DNA from: an uncultured Bacteroidales bacterium | Lineage (GTDB): Bacteria > Bacteroidota > Bacteroidia > Bacteroidales > VadinHA17 | Direction: 5' to 3' | NCBI GenBank assembly: GCA_963815075.1 | Contig: CAWFFK010000012.1 | Span: forward strand, 41,475-105,474 | DNA length: 64,000 bases | Shown: piece by piece, positions 19,325 to 30,307 of the stretch | Position numbering within the stretch: position 1 is the first letter of the stretch | Layout of the letters: each line of letters opens with the position of its first letter | Made by a program: the position numbers and the translations under genes | Notes under the pieces: generated by a model | What the model was told of the DNA's origin: nothing | The model's database searches: none | What the model saw: only the letters and a program-made list of their open reading frames with translations

Positions 19325-20503
19325 TTAATTGATCAATGCCGCAAGGGCAGCGCCAACAAGACTCGATTGCTTTACTTCAGTAATTTCATAGTATCGTTGT
19401 TTATCACCACTTAAGTATTCACCGAGATACTTCTCAAAATTAGCCTTCAGGTTATACATCTTGTAAAAAGTAGTTCCTTCAACGGTTATAAGAATGGGTC
19501 TTTCAGGAAATTTCCCCTTGTTCGTCTTCAAAATGATTGCGGCCATATTTGCAGCAACTAGTTTTGCTGCCCTGTCTGTGATGCCTTCAAGAATAACACT
19601 ACAATTTTCCCTGTCGACATTATTGGAAATACAATTGTGCAAGGGTGTGCTTCCCGATGAAGGATCGTTCATATAGTTGTTTGCTTCTTCTGATGTAAGT
19701 GAGTTAATGGATGACAGGCAGACATTTGTAGTATCAGAAAAAACACATTTCCCTGCAGCTGTTTTCAAAGCAGTCAGGCATAATCCGCCAAGATATCCGC
19801 CGGCAATCATTTTTTCAAGAGTATAATCTCCCGGGTTAATGGTGGTCTTATCAAATGTGATATCAATATCGGTCTGAGCGAGCTTTCTGAAATTACCTGA
19901 TTCAATATTGATTATCTGTGTCTTTAAGGGATCAAGATCCGGCTTTTTAATAATATTCCTGTTGCTTTCAATATAACATCCGTTGCTGCCTGTACCAAGA
20001 ATATAACCGATGAATGAATCATAAACCCTGTTCACAGAGGCTGATTTGCCGGCCAGCAGAGTTGCAACGGTATCGTTAAGCAATACAATCTTCTTTTCAG
20101 GCATACCCATTGTTTCCAGCAGATTTTTACCAATTAACTGTCCAATTACACCGGGAGCCTGAACCTCTTTACAAAACTGAAGAAGTATACCATCCTTGTT
20201 TGGAAGAATCTCAGTCGGATAGGAGAAACAGAAGCCAATCCTGTCAGTGTCGGCTGCAAGTGGTTTAATATACCCGGCCATAGTTTTGAAAAATTCCTCT
20301 TTCGATATTTCCCCTTCAAGTCCTGGCATTTTGCCGGTAACTACCCTGGTTATCTCCAGATTATTTTCTTTATCGAACATTATCCTGGCAGCTCTGAAGT
20401 TAGTTCCGCCGGCATCGATTGCAACAACAGGCGTCTCTTTTAGAAACTCATTTTCAGCCTCAATATAAGTTGGTATCATACGCAGGGTACTGTCCCCGTC
20501 CAT
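19325..20503 (-). CDS. Hexokinase-family sugar kinase (eukaryote-type hexokinase fold); the N-terminal ~37 codons lie in another frame (20460-20609)
   Basis: AIDAGGTNFRAARI, LNDTVATLLAG and GTGSNGCYIE are hexokinase phosphate/adenosine motifs. See the frameshift finding. Confidence 0.85.
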   Translation of the reverse strand: MDGDSTLRMIPTYIEAENEFLKETPVVAIDAGGTNFRAARIMFDKENNLEITRVVTGKMPGLEGEISKEEFFKTMAGYIKPLAADTDRIGFCFSYPTEILPNKDGILLQFCKEVQAPGVIGQLIGKNLLETMGMPEKKIVLLNDTVATLLAGKSASVNRVYDSFIGYILGTGSNGCYIESNRNIIKKPDLDPLKTQIINIESGNFRKLAQTDIDITFDKTTINPGDYTLEKMIAGGYLGGLCLTALKTAAGKCVFSDTTNVCLSSINSLTSEEANNYMNDPSSGSTPLHNCISNNVDRENCSVILEGITDRAAKLVAANMAAIILKTNKGKFPERPILITVEGTTFYKMYNLKANFEKYLGEYLSGDKQRYYEITEVKQSSLVGAALAALIN

Positions 20504-20722
20504 CCAGACCTTTTATCATATCCGATGTAAATACATCCACTAATTCCTGCATGTTAATATCGATGGCTCTCAGCTTGTGTTCTCTTAAGAATATTTCACT
20601 CTTTTTCATAGAAAAACCTTATAATATAATGAACTGATTTAAAAATTTTGGAAGAATAAATATAGAGAAAGATTCTTGTTTTACAAGTCCAAAAAGAAAT
20701 TTCATCCTGAATAATTTGCTTG

Positions 20723-20756
20723 CCACAAAGGCACTAAGGCACAAAGGTACACAAAG
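20723..20756. repeat. CACAAAG-type short dispersed repeat (CCACAAAGGCACTAAGGCACAAAGGTACACAAAG)
   Basis: Internal reiteration of (C)ACNAAGG. Related motifs (CCACAAAGGGCACAAAG...CACAAAGGTCGCAAAGG) occur at 55428-55470. Confidence 0.6.
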
Positions 20757-20855
20757 AATCCCGGGCGCCAGCCTCCAACTCCTGTTTCTAAAATTCTATT
20801 TAATGTCATTCGCAATACCACCTGAGTATCTCAACAACAGGTACGACAAAAGAAC

Positions 20856-22502
20856 CTATTCTAAAAATACGTTTACCTTTTTCCCTATATGCTTTATCGT
20901 CAACACCCCTCCTTCCGACAGATTGTTCCAGACAAAACCTTCTGAATTTTCATCGTCTGTTTGTTTCAATTCTGCACCGTCACATGTTATTTTAACCGGT
21001 TTATTTTTCAGCCTGAGAATATCCGTTGCAGAATCATACGTGGTATAATCTATACTTTCAGGTCCGTATTTTATAAATGTTACAACTGATGATGATTTCA
21101 GAAACCTGTTTTTACCGGCAGGAGCCAGTTCAGGCATAGCTGCCATGGCACGAAGATAATGACGTACATAGTCACCATAGCCATCTGTAAGCCATATATC
21201 ATCGCGTATGTAACGGTTACGACCATCGCTGGCAACAGTGTAAGTTGCCCAGTTTAATGTACGGATTGCATTGGTTTTGTAAGTTGTATCTCCCGACAAT
21301 TCAGTATACATCAGTTCAACTGAAGCCTGACGTGATGAATGACTGTTCCCGGGAACACGGTAAGCAGTCTGCTCATTCATCACTTCAACTTTATACTTTG
21401 AATAATCTTTGTTCCCAAGCTCCTTATAAGTCCATTCTATTATGCCTTTGACATCATTCTTCCAACCGGGAAACAGTGAAGGATTTTGTAATATGTACAT
21501 TGCAAAAGTAATTGCATTGATCTGGGTGTCGGACCACCCTGGTACATCCTCAAAAAACGGACCCCATTTATTATTTTTCAGTGGATATTCTTTCAGCCAG
21601 TTCAGGGTAATATCAAATGCCGTTTTATATTGATCGGGATTCCCTTTGTTCATTTCAATCAATTCAGAAAAGAGGTTTAATGCACCCGTCCAGTTTGTTG
21701 TGTAAGTTGATTTCTGAGTTTTAGGTTGTGGATCTTTTTCATTTTCGGGTTTACCTGTATAATTAAAATCGAATGGTCTTAGTTCTCCTGGTTCACCTGT
21801 TTTTGCATTTACCTTAAATGGCCAGGGGGAATTATTTATATCCCCCGGGTGAATATTTCCGGCCAGGGTATTTGCTATCTTTTCAGCAACTTCCAGGTAT
21901 TTTTCATCTCCTGTCTTCATGTAAAGTTTTACCAGTTCCAATCCTAAAGAACCTGCTTTGTCAGGTTGCAGGTAACCCTTACCAATAACCATATCCCCAT
22001 CATATTTACCCGAATACAGAACTGTATTATAGGGATAAGGGAGATTTGCCCACTTACATTCCGGTGATGATAATGAATTCTTAATATAGTAATTGGCAAT
22101 ATATTTCATGTTTTCAATTATCGATTCATCACCTGTGTAATCATAGAGCAGATCCCACGAAGAAAGAGCCATCATGAGCTGATCTCCACCCAGGCCCCGT
22201 CTGTCGCCCGGTTGATATACCTGGTGATGGAGATAATATTTATCGCCAGTGGAGTCAGCAGGCAGGTTTTTCCAAAAATTCCAGACTAGCAATAGTACGG
22301 TATCATAGGAATTCCCCAAATCCGATGAGTACCAGGGAAGTATTGAGCCATCCACTTTGTTTATACGGACAGGATGATATTGTATTGTATCACTTACCAA
22401 TATAGTATCCTGCAATTTTGCAGATGCCGGCTTATTTCCATGGCATGCGTAAATAAAAAAAGCAGAAAATGCAGTCAGAAAAAAAGTAAATATTTTTGTC
22501 AT
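20856..22502 (-). CDS. Hypothetical lipoprotein, possibly an (alpha/alpha)6 glycoside-hydrolase-like enzyme
   Basis: Lipoprotein-type signal MTKIFTFFLTAFSAFFIYAC. A 548-aa uninterrupted ORF inside the carbohydrate gene neighbourhood. I recognised no diagnostic catalytic motif. Confidence 0.6.
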   Translation of the reverse strand: MTKIFTFFLTAFSAFFIYACHGNKPASAKLQDTILVSDTIQYHPVRINKVDGSILPWYSSDLGNSYDTVLLLVWNFWKNLPADSTGDKYYLHHQVYQPGDRRGLGGDQLMMALSSWDLLYDYTGDESIIENMKYIANYYIKNSLSSPECKWANLPYPYNTVLYSGKYDGDMVIGKGYLQPDKAGSLGLELVKLYMKTGDEKYLEVAEKIANTLAGNIHPGDINNSPWPFKVNAKTGEPGELRPFDFNYTGKPENEKDPQPKTQKSTYTTNWTGALNLFSELIEMNKGNPDQYKTAFDITLNWLKEYPLKNNKWGPFFEDVPGWSDTQINAITFAMYILQNPSLFPGWKNDVKGIIEWTYKELGNKDYSKYKVEVMNEQTAYRVPGNSHSSRQASVELMYTELSGDTTYKTNAIRTLNWATYTVASDGRNRYIRDDIWLTDGYGDYVRHYLRAMAAMPELAPAGKNRFLKSSSVVTFIKYGPESIDYTTYDSATDILRLKNKPVKITCDGAELKQTDDENSEGFVWNNLSEGGVLTIKHIGKKVNVFLE

Positions 22503-22601
22503 GGCGCAAAGAAGAATTAATCAGGTTAATTACCATATCTAAGATAATATGTATTTAAGAAATTAAACAGGTATATTTGATAATAATAAACTACCTGCAT
22601 T

Positions 22602-25009
22602 ATGCGCTCAAAAATCACTATTCTTTCGGTTCTGCTGGTTTATGCAAATCTGACTGCTCAAACTTTACAACAGCTTCCTGTTGAAAAGATCAATCCTTTG
22701 CTCATGACCAGTCGCTGGAAGCACAGTGGATAACACATCCAACTGAATCTTTACTTGATTACGGGGTCTTTCATTTCAGGAAAAGTTTTGAACTTAAAGA
22801 AAAGCCTGATGAATTTATTATCCATATTTCTGCAGATAACCGCTACAGGTTATTCGTCAATGGGAAAGCCGTATGTTTTGGTCCTGCACGTGCCGACCTT
22901 GAGCACTGGTCTTATGAAAGTATTGACATTGCTCCTCTTCTTAAATCAGGGAAAAATGTCCTTGCAGCTGCAGTGTGGAACTTCGGTGATTTGAAGCCCT
23001 GGGCCCAGTTCTCTGTTAAAACGGCTTTTGTCCTCGAGGGAAATTCAAAGGCAGAAGAAATTGTAAATACAGATGCAACTTGGAAAGTAATTAAGAACAA
23101 GGCATATTCTCCGGCTTCTGCCGGCAGTAAGGAAACTTCCGGACAGTTCGTGGTTGTAGGTCCGTGCGACAGGGTTGATGCTGCTCTTTATCCTTGGGGA
23201 TGGGAAGCACCGGATTATGATGATCATACCTGGCTGACACCGCTGGCACTTTTTACAGCCCATCCAAGAGGTTTCGGAACAGACATAAACTGGGAGATGA
23301 CGCCGCGAAGAATTCCAATGATGGATCAAATGCAACAGAAGTTCGCAACTGTTCGACGTACCTCAGGTGCACAGTTACCGGAAGGTTTTCTTGAAGGTAA
23401 AACTACCTGGACTATACCAGCCAATAAAAAAATAACGGTATTGTTTGACCAGAAAAATCTTACAACAGGTTATCCGGAATTGCATGTTTCAAAAGGTAAA
23501 GGAAGCATTATAAAACTAACTTATGCCGAATCGCTTTTTGATTCAACAGGATCAAAAGGCAACAGGAATGAGATTAAAGGAAAAAGAATAATCGGTTATT
23601 CCGATTATTTTTTGCCTGATGGTAATCCCAACAGACTATTTCGTCCACTCTGGTTTCGAACCTGGCGATACATCCGGATGGAGATAGAAACAAATGATGA
23701 ACCATTACTTGTGAATAACTTCTCAAGTACTTTTACGGCTTATCCGCTAGAAGAAAATGCTGTATTTGAATCTGACTTACCGGTACTCAAACAGATCTGG
23801 AATGTTGGCTGGAGGACTGCGCGTCTCTGCGCCAACGAAACATATTTTGACTGCCCCTATTATGAACAGCTTCAATATGTGGGTGATACACGGATCCAGG
23901 CGTTGATTTCGCTGTATGTTTCGGGAGATGACCGCCTGGTAAGGAACGCAATTATGGACTTAAATGAATCTCAGACCTATGAAGGTTTAACAAGGAGCAG
24001 GTATCCATCAGCGAATCCACAGATAATCCCTCCATTTTCTCTTTACTGGGTCGATATGGTCAATGACTACTGGACTCTGCGTGATGATCCGGAATTTATA
24101 AAAAGCTTTTTACCAGGAATTGAAAATGTGCTTGGCTGGTTTACAGAACGTATTGATCCCAAAACCGGCTTGCTTGGCAGGGTTGAGTACTGGAACTTCG
24201 TAGACTGGGCCGTTGAGTGGCCCTGGAGTAATGAAAAGGGTTATGGAGGTGTTCCAAAAGGAGGAGGCATGGACGGTGAGTCATCCATCTTATCAATGCA
24301 ATTCGCGTATGCTTTGCAGAAAGCATCAGAACTGTTCAAATTCTACGGGCAACCTGAACAAGCGGAAAAATACGGCAAGCTTGCCGATCAGATAACCAAA
24401 ACCGTTTATGAAACATGCTGGGACGGCTCACGCGGTTACCTGGCAGATACTCCTGAAAAAAACGAATTCAGCATGCACGCACAGATCTTTGGAGTGCTTA
24501 CCAATACTATTCCTCAAGATAAGCAAACAGACTTTGTAAAAAGGTTCCTTGACGATAAATCATTGATCCAACCTACCATGTATTTCCGTTTCTATCTGAC
24601 ACAGGCACTGAATAAAACCGGTCTCGCCGATCTGTATACTGAAACACTTGGCCTTTGGTATGATATGCTTGACAAGGGGCTTACCACTTTCGCTGAGAAT
24701 CCCGATCCTGCCCGATCCGACTGTCATGCATGGAGTGCAAGTCCCGATTATGATTTTCTGGCAACGGTAGCTGGAATTCGTCCCGGTTCACCCGGTTTTA
24801 AGACAGTTGATATAGCTCCTGCCCCAGGTAAACTTAACTTCATAAAAGGACAGATGCCTCATCCGGCAGGGATCATCAGCTTCGATCTTAAGAGAAACGG
24901 AACAAATGGTATAACAGGGGAGATTGTTTTGCCCGAAGGTCTTACCGGTAAATTTATATGGAAAGGAAAATCAATATTCCTGAGTGGGAAGACAAATATT
25001 GATTTGTAA
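22602..25009 (+). CDS. GH78-like (alpha-L-rhamnosidase-related) six-hairpin glycosidase with an apparent frameshift after the signal peptide
   Basis: ATG at 22602 encodes MRSKITILSVLLVYANLTAQ...SRWK, then a stop. The body (EAQWITHP...DYGVFHFRKSFEL...NRYRLFVNGK..., ETYFDCPYYEQLQYVGDTRIQ) is open from 22685 in another frame and has no start before the GTG at 22973. Confidence 0.7.
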
Positions 25010-25090
25010 CTTAAAGCTTGCTTTGAAAGTGAGATAAACAAGGAAATATTAAAAGGGCAAAAATTAAAATATTTTCATTTTATTAATATG

Positions 25091-25819
25091 TCATGATAAA
25101 AAGGAAGCAGAATCCTTATCAAGATATAGCCAGACCGCCTCATGCTTTCTCAGTATTGAGGCAGGAATTTCCGGTGAAATTATACCTTTAACGGTGTTTT
25201 TAACAGCCTCAGCTTTCCTCAAATCAGGCACACTGCAGATAATGTTTTTCGACTTCATTATCTGTTGTATCGACATACTGATAGCTTTTTCAGGAACATC
25301 TTCAACTGTTGCAAACCACCCTTCACCTAACTGTTGTCGTCTGCATGCTTCATTAAGTGTAACTACAAGATATTCTTTCTCCGTTTCAAAATCTGCCGGA
25401 GGGTCATTAAAAGCCAGATGACTGTTTTCACCAATGCCAACAAATGCAACATCAATAGGATGCATTCTGATTAGCATTCCTAACCGGACACACTCTTCAT
25501 AAGGGTCTGTGTTCCCGTTAATATAACTGAACTCCATTGGCGATACAATATCCGCAAACCTTTCTTTGAGATATTTACGAAACGAGGCAGGGTTTCTTTC
25601 AGATATTCCGATATATTCGTCCAGATGAAAGGCCCTTACAAGAGACCAGTCAATTTCTTCTTTTACCAGTTCCTTTAACATTTCGAACTGTGAGGCTCCG
25701 GTAGCAAGTATGATATTAGCCCTTCCGGTATTGCTGATTGCCTTACGAATTAATTCTCCGCCCATACGGGCAGCCTTTATCCCAAGAATCTGTTTGTTTT
25801 CAGAGATAATAATTTCCAT
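25091..25819 (-). CDS. nagB: Glucosamine-6-phosphate deaminase / 6-phosphogluconolactonase family (NagB-like)
   Basis: [21 protein letters not shown] and [18 protein letters not shown] are typical of the NagB/Pgl superfamily. HLDEY favours a deaminase/isomerase. Confidence 0.7.
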   Translation of the reverse strand: MEIIISENKQILGIKAARMGGELIRKAISNTGRANIILATGASQFEMLKELVKEEIDWSLVRAFHLDEYIGISERNPASFRKYLKERFADIVSPMEFSYINGNTDPYEECVRLGMLIRMHPIDVAFVGIGENSHLAFNDPPADFETEKEYLVVTLNEACRRQQLGEGWFATVEDVPEKAISMSIQQIMKSKNIICSVPDLRKAEAVKNTVKGIISPEIPASILRKHEAVWLYLDKDSASFLS

Positions 25820-26078
25820 GGTCTTACCAAAACATATGAGTGGACTTTTTTTGCAAATGCGTGATCTTAAAATTAATTTATCATATATTCATAAACCCTG
25901 ACTGATGTTGAAACATCTTTATATTCTGAAGTGACTTGTGACTTTAAAAGTTATAAGAAATCTGATAATATTATCTATAAAAATAGTTGAGATAAATATA
26001 CTTTATTAACAGATAAAAAAAGAATAAAGGCCGACTGGGAATTAAAACCAATAGATTTCCCCGAGCCTCAGGTTTTCT

Positions 26079-26792
26079 TTGAAAATTATTATTAAATTGC
26101 AATACCAACATTTTATTACAACGAAAAGAACAAATTTAAATACTGCGGCTCTTTTATTCATCCTGTTTTTGACTTTTATTGCTTCAGGAAACAAATTGCA
26201 GGCTCAGGATGATTCTACACATTATGTATTGCCACAATTTGAATTAGGGCAAGTTAAACTGAAAGATGGCCATACGGAAATTGCTCTTATGGATTACAAC
26301 ACTCTTACCCAGGAGATGATCTTTTATAAAAACGGGATAATGCTGGCTCTCGACAGCATTGAAAAGATTGATACAATATATCTCGAATCGCGTATATTCA
26401 TACCACACGATAAGGTATTTTATGAGTTACTGGTAAAAGGTCCGGTTTCCCTTTTCGTTCAACATAAAACAAACCCTGTTTCTGCCGGAAATCCATCCGG
26501 TTACGGGGGATCAACCGAAACCGGAGCTGCGACAAACCTTTCATCCCTCTCAAATTCAGTACATACCTATAAATTTAAGCTTCCGGAGGGATATCATGTT
26601 GTAGACGCAACATTATTCTGGATCAAAAAAAACAATACCTTTTATAAGGCGAACAACAGCTCTCAGATAAGAAAGATCTTTCCGGAGAAATCAAAAGAGA
26701 TAAATAAATTTATTAAGGCAAACAAGCTTGATCTTAAGAAAACCGCGGATTTAATCAGGCTGGTTGTTAAGTGCAATGAGTTTGTTCACTGA
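26079..26792 (+). CDS. Hypothetical secreted protein
   Basis: Signal-like AALLFILFLTFIASGNKLQAQ. No ATG precedes it, so the start is probably the TTG at 26079 or 26097. No recognisable domain. Confidence 0.55.
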   Translation: MKIIIKLQYQHFITTKRTNLNTAALLFILFLTFIASGNKLQAQDDSTHYVLPQFELGQVKLKDGHTEIALMDYNTLTQEMIFYKNGIMLALDSIEKIDTIYLESRIFIPHDKVFYELLVKGPVSLFVQHKTNPVSAGNPSGYGGSTETGAATNLSSLSNSVHTYKFKLPEGYHVVDATLFWIKKNNTFYKANNSSQIRKIFPEKSKEINKFIKANKLDLKKTADLIRLVVKCNEFVH

Positions 26793-26928
26793 TTAAACCT
26801 GGAATAATTAAAAATACCCTGATCACCTGTTAATGAAAAAGTTATTGAATATAGTGCATTCCTCCTACGATTCAAAAGATTCACTCTTTCCATTCGGATT
26901 TGGACTGCATTATTCAAATTAGCTTTAC

Positions 26929-27807
26929 TTACAGGAATAAAGCTGTGTTTTCATGTCTTATTTGTTCGCGGAATATTTTGGGTGAATTATTGCAATATAA
27001 TCTGAACTGACGATTGAAATAAGATGTGTTTTCATAACCACATTCAAAAGCTACCTCAATGATAGTCTTGTCTGTTTCTGCCAGGAGTTTGCAGGAATGC
27101 ATTATCCTTATTTCGTTCACAAATTGAGTGAACTTCTTTTTTGTTTTTCGTTTAAAATATCTGCAAAATGCTGCTTTTTGCATGTTTGCAATGGATGCTG
27201 CCTTTTCGAAGCTTAACTTTTTCTGGAAATTTTCAGCAACATACCTGTATACATTATTGATAATTTTTGAGTCGTTTAAACCTGAGAATCTTATAGAATT
27301 TTCTGTGCTTAATAACTTAATATCACTCGTAGTGGCAAGCTCATTAAATAATATCAGAAAGTCAGCGAGCCTTTCAAGTCCTCTTTTCGAATTAAGTGTC
27401 AGGATCCTGTTTTGAAACGATTTATCGGGATGTATAAACTGAACTCCGGATTCTGACATTTTTATTAATCTTTTCAGAATTGAAACTTCTGTTTTTTCAA
27501 AAAATGTGTTTCCGAGAAAATCCTTTCTGAACTGAATTACTATTGCGTGGGCTGACTCCCCGCCTCCGGCATCTCTTTCAGAATTGAAAAAACAATGTGC
27601 TAATCCCGGAGCAAACAGATATATGTCGCCATCGCTGAAGTTGGTGATGCTGTTCCCTATAAATAACTTACCATAACTTCGTACAATCAAAATAAGCTCA
27701 AACTCATCGTGGAGATGAAACGGTGAGGTGAAATGCGGCTGAATAAACTCCTGGTAATGAAACAGGCTGTTTTCATCGACATACAGTTTCTCATAAGAAA
27801 TCTCCAT
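26929..27807 (-). CDS. AraC-family transcriptional regulator (cupin sensor + HTH)
   Basis: C-terminal AASIANMQKAAFCRYFKRKTKKKFTQFVNEIRIMHSCKLL...VAFECGYENTSYFNRQFR. Divergent from the sugar operon. Confidence 0.9.
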   Translation of the reverse strand: MEISYEKLYVDENSLFHYQEFIQPHFTSPFHLHDEFELILIVRSYGKLFIGNSITNFSDGDIYLFAPGLAHCFFNSERDAGGGESAHAIVIQFRKDFLGNTFFEKTEVSILKRLIKMSESGVQFIHPDKSFQNRILTLNSKRGLERLADFLILFNELATTSDIKLLSTENSIRFSGLNDSKIINNVYRYVAENFQKKLSFEKAASIANMQKAAFCRYFKRKTKKKFTQFVNEIRIMHSCKLLAETDKTIIEVAFECGYENTSYFNRQFRLYCNNSPKIFREQIRHENTALFL

Positions 27808-27918
27808 AATGTTACACGTTTATGCTGATAAGGTTCAATTCCATGTAAATATAGTTCATTATTCAGCAAATCTATTTCTACACAATATGCTTTTTTATGA
27901 TCTATCTTCGTAATCGTC

Positions 27919-28881
27919 ATGGATATGGCAGGCTATTTCACTTATTCAAAAAACAATTCTGCAATGATCTCAAAAAAAACCGGTACAGGGACAATCATGA
28001 TGGAAGCTTTCAGGAAGGGTATGGTAATTCCTGGTTTCAATATCCCTTATCTGCCAATGATGGAACCTGTTATAAGGGCACTACATGATACAGGCACCTT
28101 TGGCCTTATTATGGTAGCGAGGTTGGAATGGATGAAATTTAAATCGGGAAGCATGAAATCCGTCCGTGATGAATATGAGAAATTGAAGGATTTGCGCTTT
28201 ACCAGACTTCATCTCGATCATGTGCCGGTAATTGACGAGGATAATCTGCTAACTGATTTCGAAAATATTATATCTGAAGCCATTGATCTGGGTTATGATT
28301 CGGTAATGATTGACGGATCGAGGCTCTCACTAAAAGAGAATATTGAAAAAACCCACAGGATCGTTAATATAGCTCACAGATCAGGTATACCGGTAGAAGC
28401 TGAACTCGGAGCCGTTATGGGACATGAATCGGGTCCTTTGCCTCCTTATGAAGAGCTCTTCTCGACTGGAAAAGGCTTTACATCGCCCGATGATGCTAAA
28501 AGGTTTATTGATGAAACTCAAACCGACTGGTTATCAGTTGCTATAGGTAATATTCATGGGGCAATATCAGCTGCAACACGTAATGAGAAAAAAATTGAGG
28601 CCCGTCTTGCCATTCCCCATCTTCAGAATATCAATAAAGCTATAAATATCCCGCTTGTATTGCATGGGGGTACAGGTATTGCCAAAGAGTACCTGATGCA
28701 GTCATTCAGACATGGCATCACTAAAATCAATATTGCAACAGCCATCAGGCAACCCTATGAAAAATTAATGAATAATTCAGTGAGCTCAGCACAGGAAGCA
28801 GTATATAATGAAATGCTGGATATTATAACCTCCCAGCTCGAAATCGGTGGATCGGCAGAACTAATAAACGGAATTTTATAA
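27919..28881 (+). CDS. Class II ketose-bisphosphate aldolase family (FBA/tagatose-bisphosphate aldolase type)
   Basis: GFNIPYL, RLHLDH, VMIDGS, VEAELG and LVLHGGTG motifs. The true start may be an internal Met (MISKK or MMEAF). Confidence 0.8.
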   Translation: MDMAGYFTYSKNNSAMISKKTGTGTIMMEAFRKGMVIPGFNIPYLPMMEPVIRALHDTGTFGLIMVARLEWMKFKSGSMKSVRDEYEKLKDLRFTRLHLDHVPVIDEDNLLTDFENIISEAIDLGYDSVMIDGSRLSLKENIEKTHRIVNIAHRSGIPVEAELGAVMGHESGPLPPYEELFSTGKGFTSPDDAKRFIDETQTDWLSVAIGNIHGAISAATRNEKKIEARLAIPHLQNINKAINIPLVLHGGTGIAKEYLMQSFRHGITKINIATAIRQPYEKLMNNSVSSAQEAVYNEMLDIITSQLEIGGSAELINGIL

Positions 28882-28889
28882 ATATAAAT

Positions 28890-30296
28890 ATGAGAAAAGA
28901 TAAATCAACCTTCGCACTCTATTTTGGTAACCGTGGATTTTTCCCGGAATCATTGATTGCCGAAGCACGTAAAGAATTGGGTAATGCCCTTAAAAAAACT
29001 GGGCATGACTTTCTGATGATGGACAGCGACCTGACACGTTTCGGAGCTGTGGAAAGTCCTGAAGAAGGCCGGAAATATGCTAATTTTCTGAATGATAACA
29101 AGGGTAAATTTGATGGGGTCATCCTTTGTCTTCCTAATTTTGGTGATGAGACCGGTGCCGTTTCTGCACTCCGGGATGCCGGAGTACCTATTTATATACT
29201 TGCTTACCCTGATGAGCTGGATAAAATGGGTTTCCATCAAAGACGTGATTCTTTCTGTGGAAAATTTTCAATAATGGATGTTTTTTACCAGTATCAGCTG
29301 CCTTATACGGTTTTTCCTCCCCACACTGTTCATCCTTTCTCTGATGAGTTCAGCCGTCAGATTGATATATTTGACAAGGTCTGCAAAATTGTCAAAGGAA
29401 TGAGGCGGATGACTGTTGGGGCAATAGGTGCCAGGACCACAGCATTCAAAACTGTACGATATGATGAGCTGGCATTGCAGAAATACGGGATCACCACTGA
29501 AGTTCTTGATTTATCTGAAGTCTTCAGCCGCGTTCGCAAACTTGATATCAGTTCCCCGGCTGCCAGGGAAAAATCTGAAAAACTCAGACAATACACGAAC
29601 TTCAAAAAAGTTCCCGGGAAATCATTCGAGAGCCTTGTGCGTTTTGGAGTCATTATCGATGAAATTATTGTTGAATATGGGCTGGATGCGCTTGCACTGA
29701 GATGCTGGCTGGAAATGGAAAAGGAATTTGGAGTGGCCCCCTGTGTATTATTAAGTGAAATTAACGACAGGGGATTTCCGGCTGCCTGTGAGTTGGACGT
29801 CTGCAACGCCATTACCATGCATGCGCTGAATCTGGCATCAGGAAAGCCTTCTACCTGTCTTGACTGGAATAACAATTACGGTGTGGATCCCGACAAGTGC
29901 ATACTGTTTCATTGTGGCCCGGTGCCCCAGAGTCTTATGACTGAAAAGGGGGAAGTAATCGATCATCCCATGTTTGCCAAGGCACTGGGAGAAGGATGCG
30001 GGTTCGGGTGTAACGTTGGCCGCATTGCTCCTGATAAAATCACTTTTGCAAGCTCCAAAACTCAGGATGGCAAACTTCATATCTATTTAGGTGAAGGAGA
30101 ATTCACAAACGATCCCATTCAGGAAGGTTTTTTCGGATGCGGCGGTGTGGCAAAAATCGAAAATCTACAGGAAAAACTCTACAAAATAGGATACAATGGT
30201 TACCGTCATCATGTGAGTGTTACGCCTGGTTTGGTCGAAACCGCTTTGCGTGAAGCATGTACCCGATATCTTGGCTATGAAATTACGGAAATATAA
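28890..30296 (+). CDS. L-fucose/L-arabinose isomerase-like sugar isomerase
   Basis: 468 aa. N-terminal FALYFGNRGFFPE...DGVILCLPNFGDE...RRDSFCGK resembles the short fucose-isomerase-related family. Assignment is from memory. Confidence 0.6.
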   Translation: MRKDKSTFALYFGNRGFFPESLIAEARKELGNALKKTGHDFLMMDSDLTRFGAVESPEEGRKYANFLNDNKGKFDGVILCLPNFGDETGAVSALRDAGVPIYILAYPDELDKMGFHQRRDSFCGKFSIMDVFYQYQLPYTVFPPHTVHPFSDEFSRQIDIFDKVCKIVKGMRRMTVGAIGARTTAFKTVRYDELALQKYGITTEVLDLSEVFSRVRKLDISSPAAREKSEKLRQYTNFKKVPGKSFESLVRFGVIIDEIIVEYGLDALALRCWLEMEKEFGVAPCVLLSEINDRGFPAACELDVCNAITMHALNLASGKPSTCLDWNNNYGVDPDKCILFHCGPVPQSLMTEKGEVIDHPMFAKALGEGCGFGCNVGRIAPDKITFASSKTQDGKLHIYLGEGEFTNDPIQEGFFGCGGVAKIENLQEKLYKIGYNGYRHHVSVTPGLVETALREACTRYLGYEITEI

Positions 30297-30307
30297 TAAT
30301 TAAGGAT

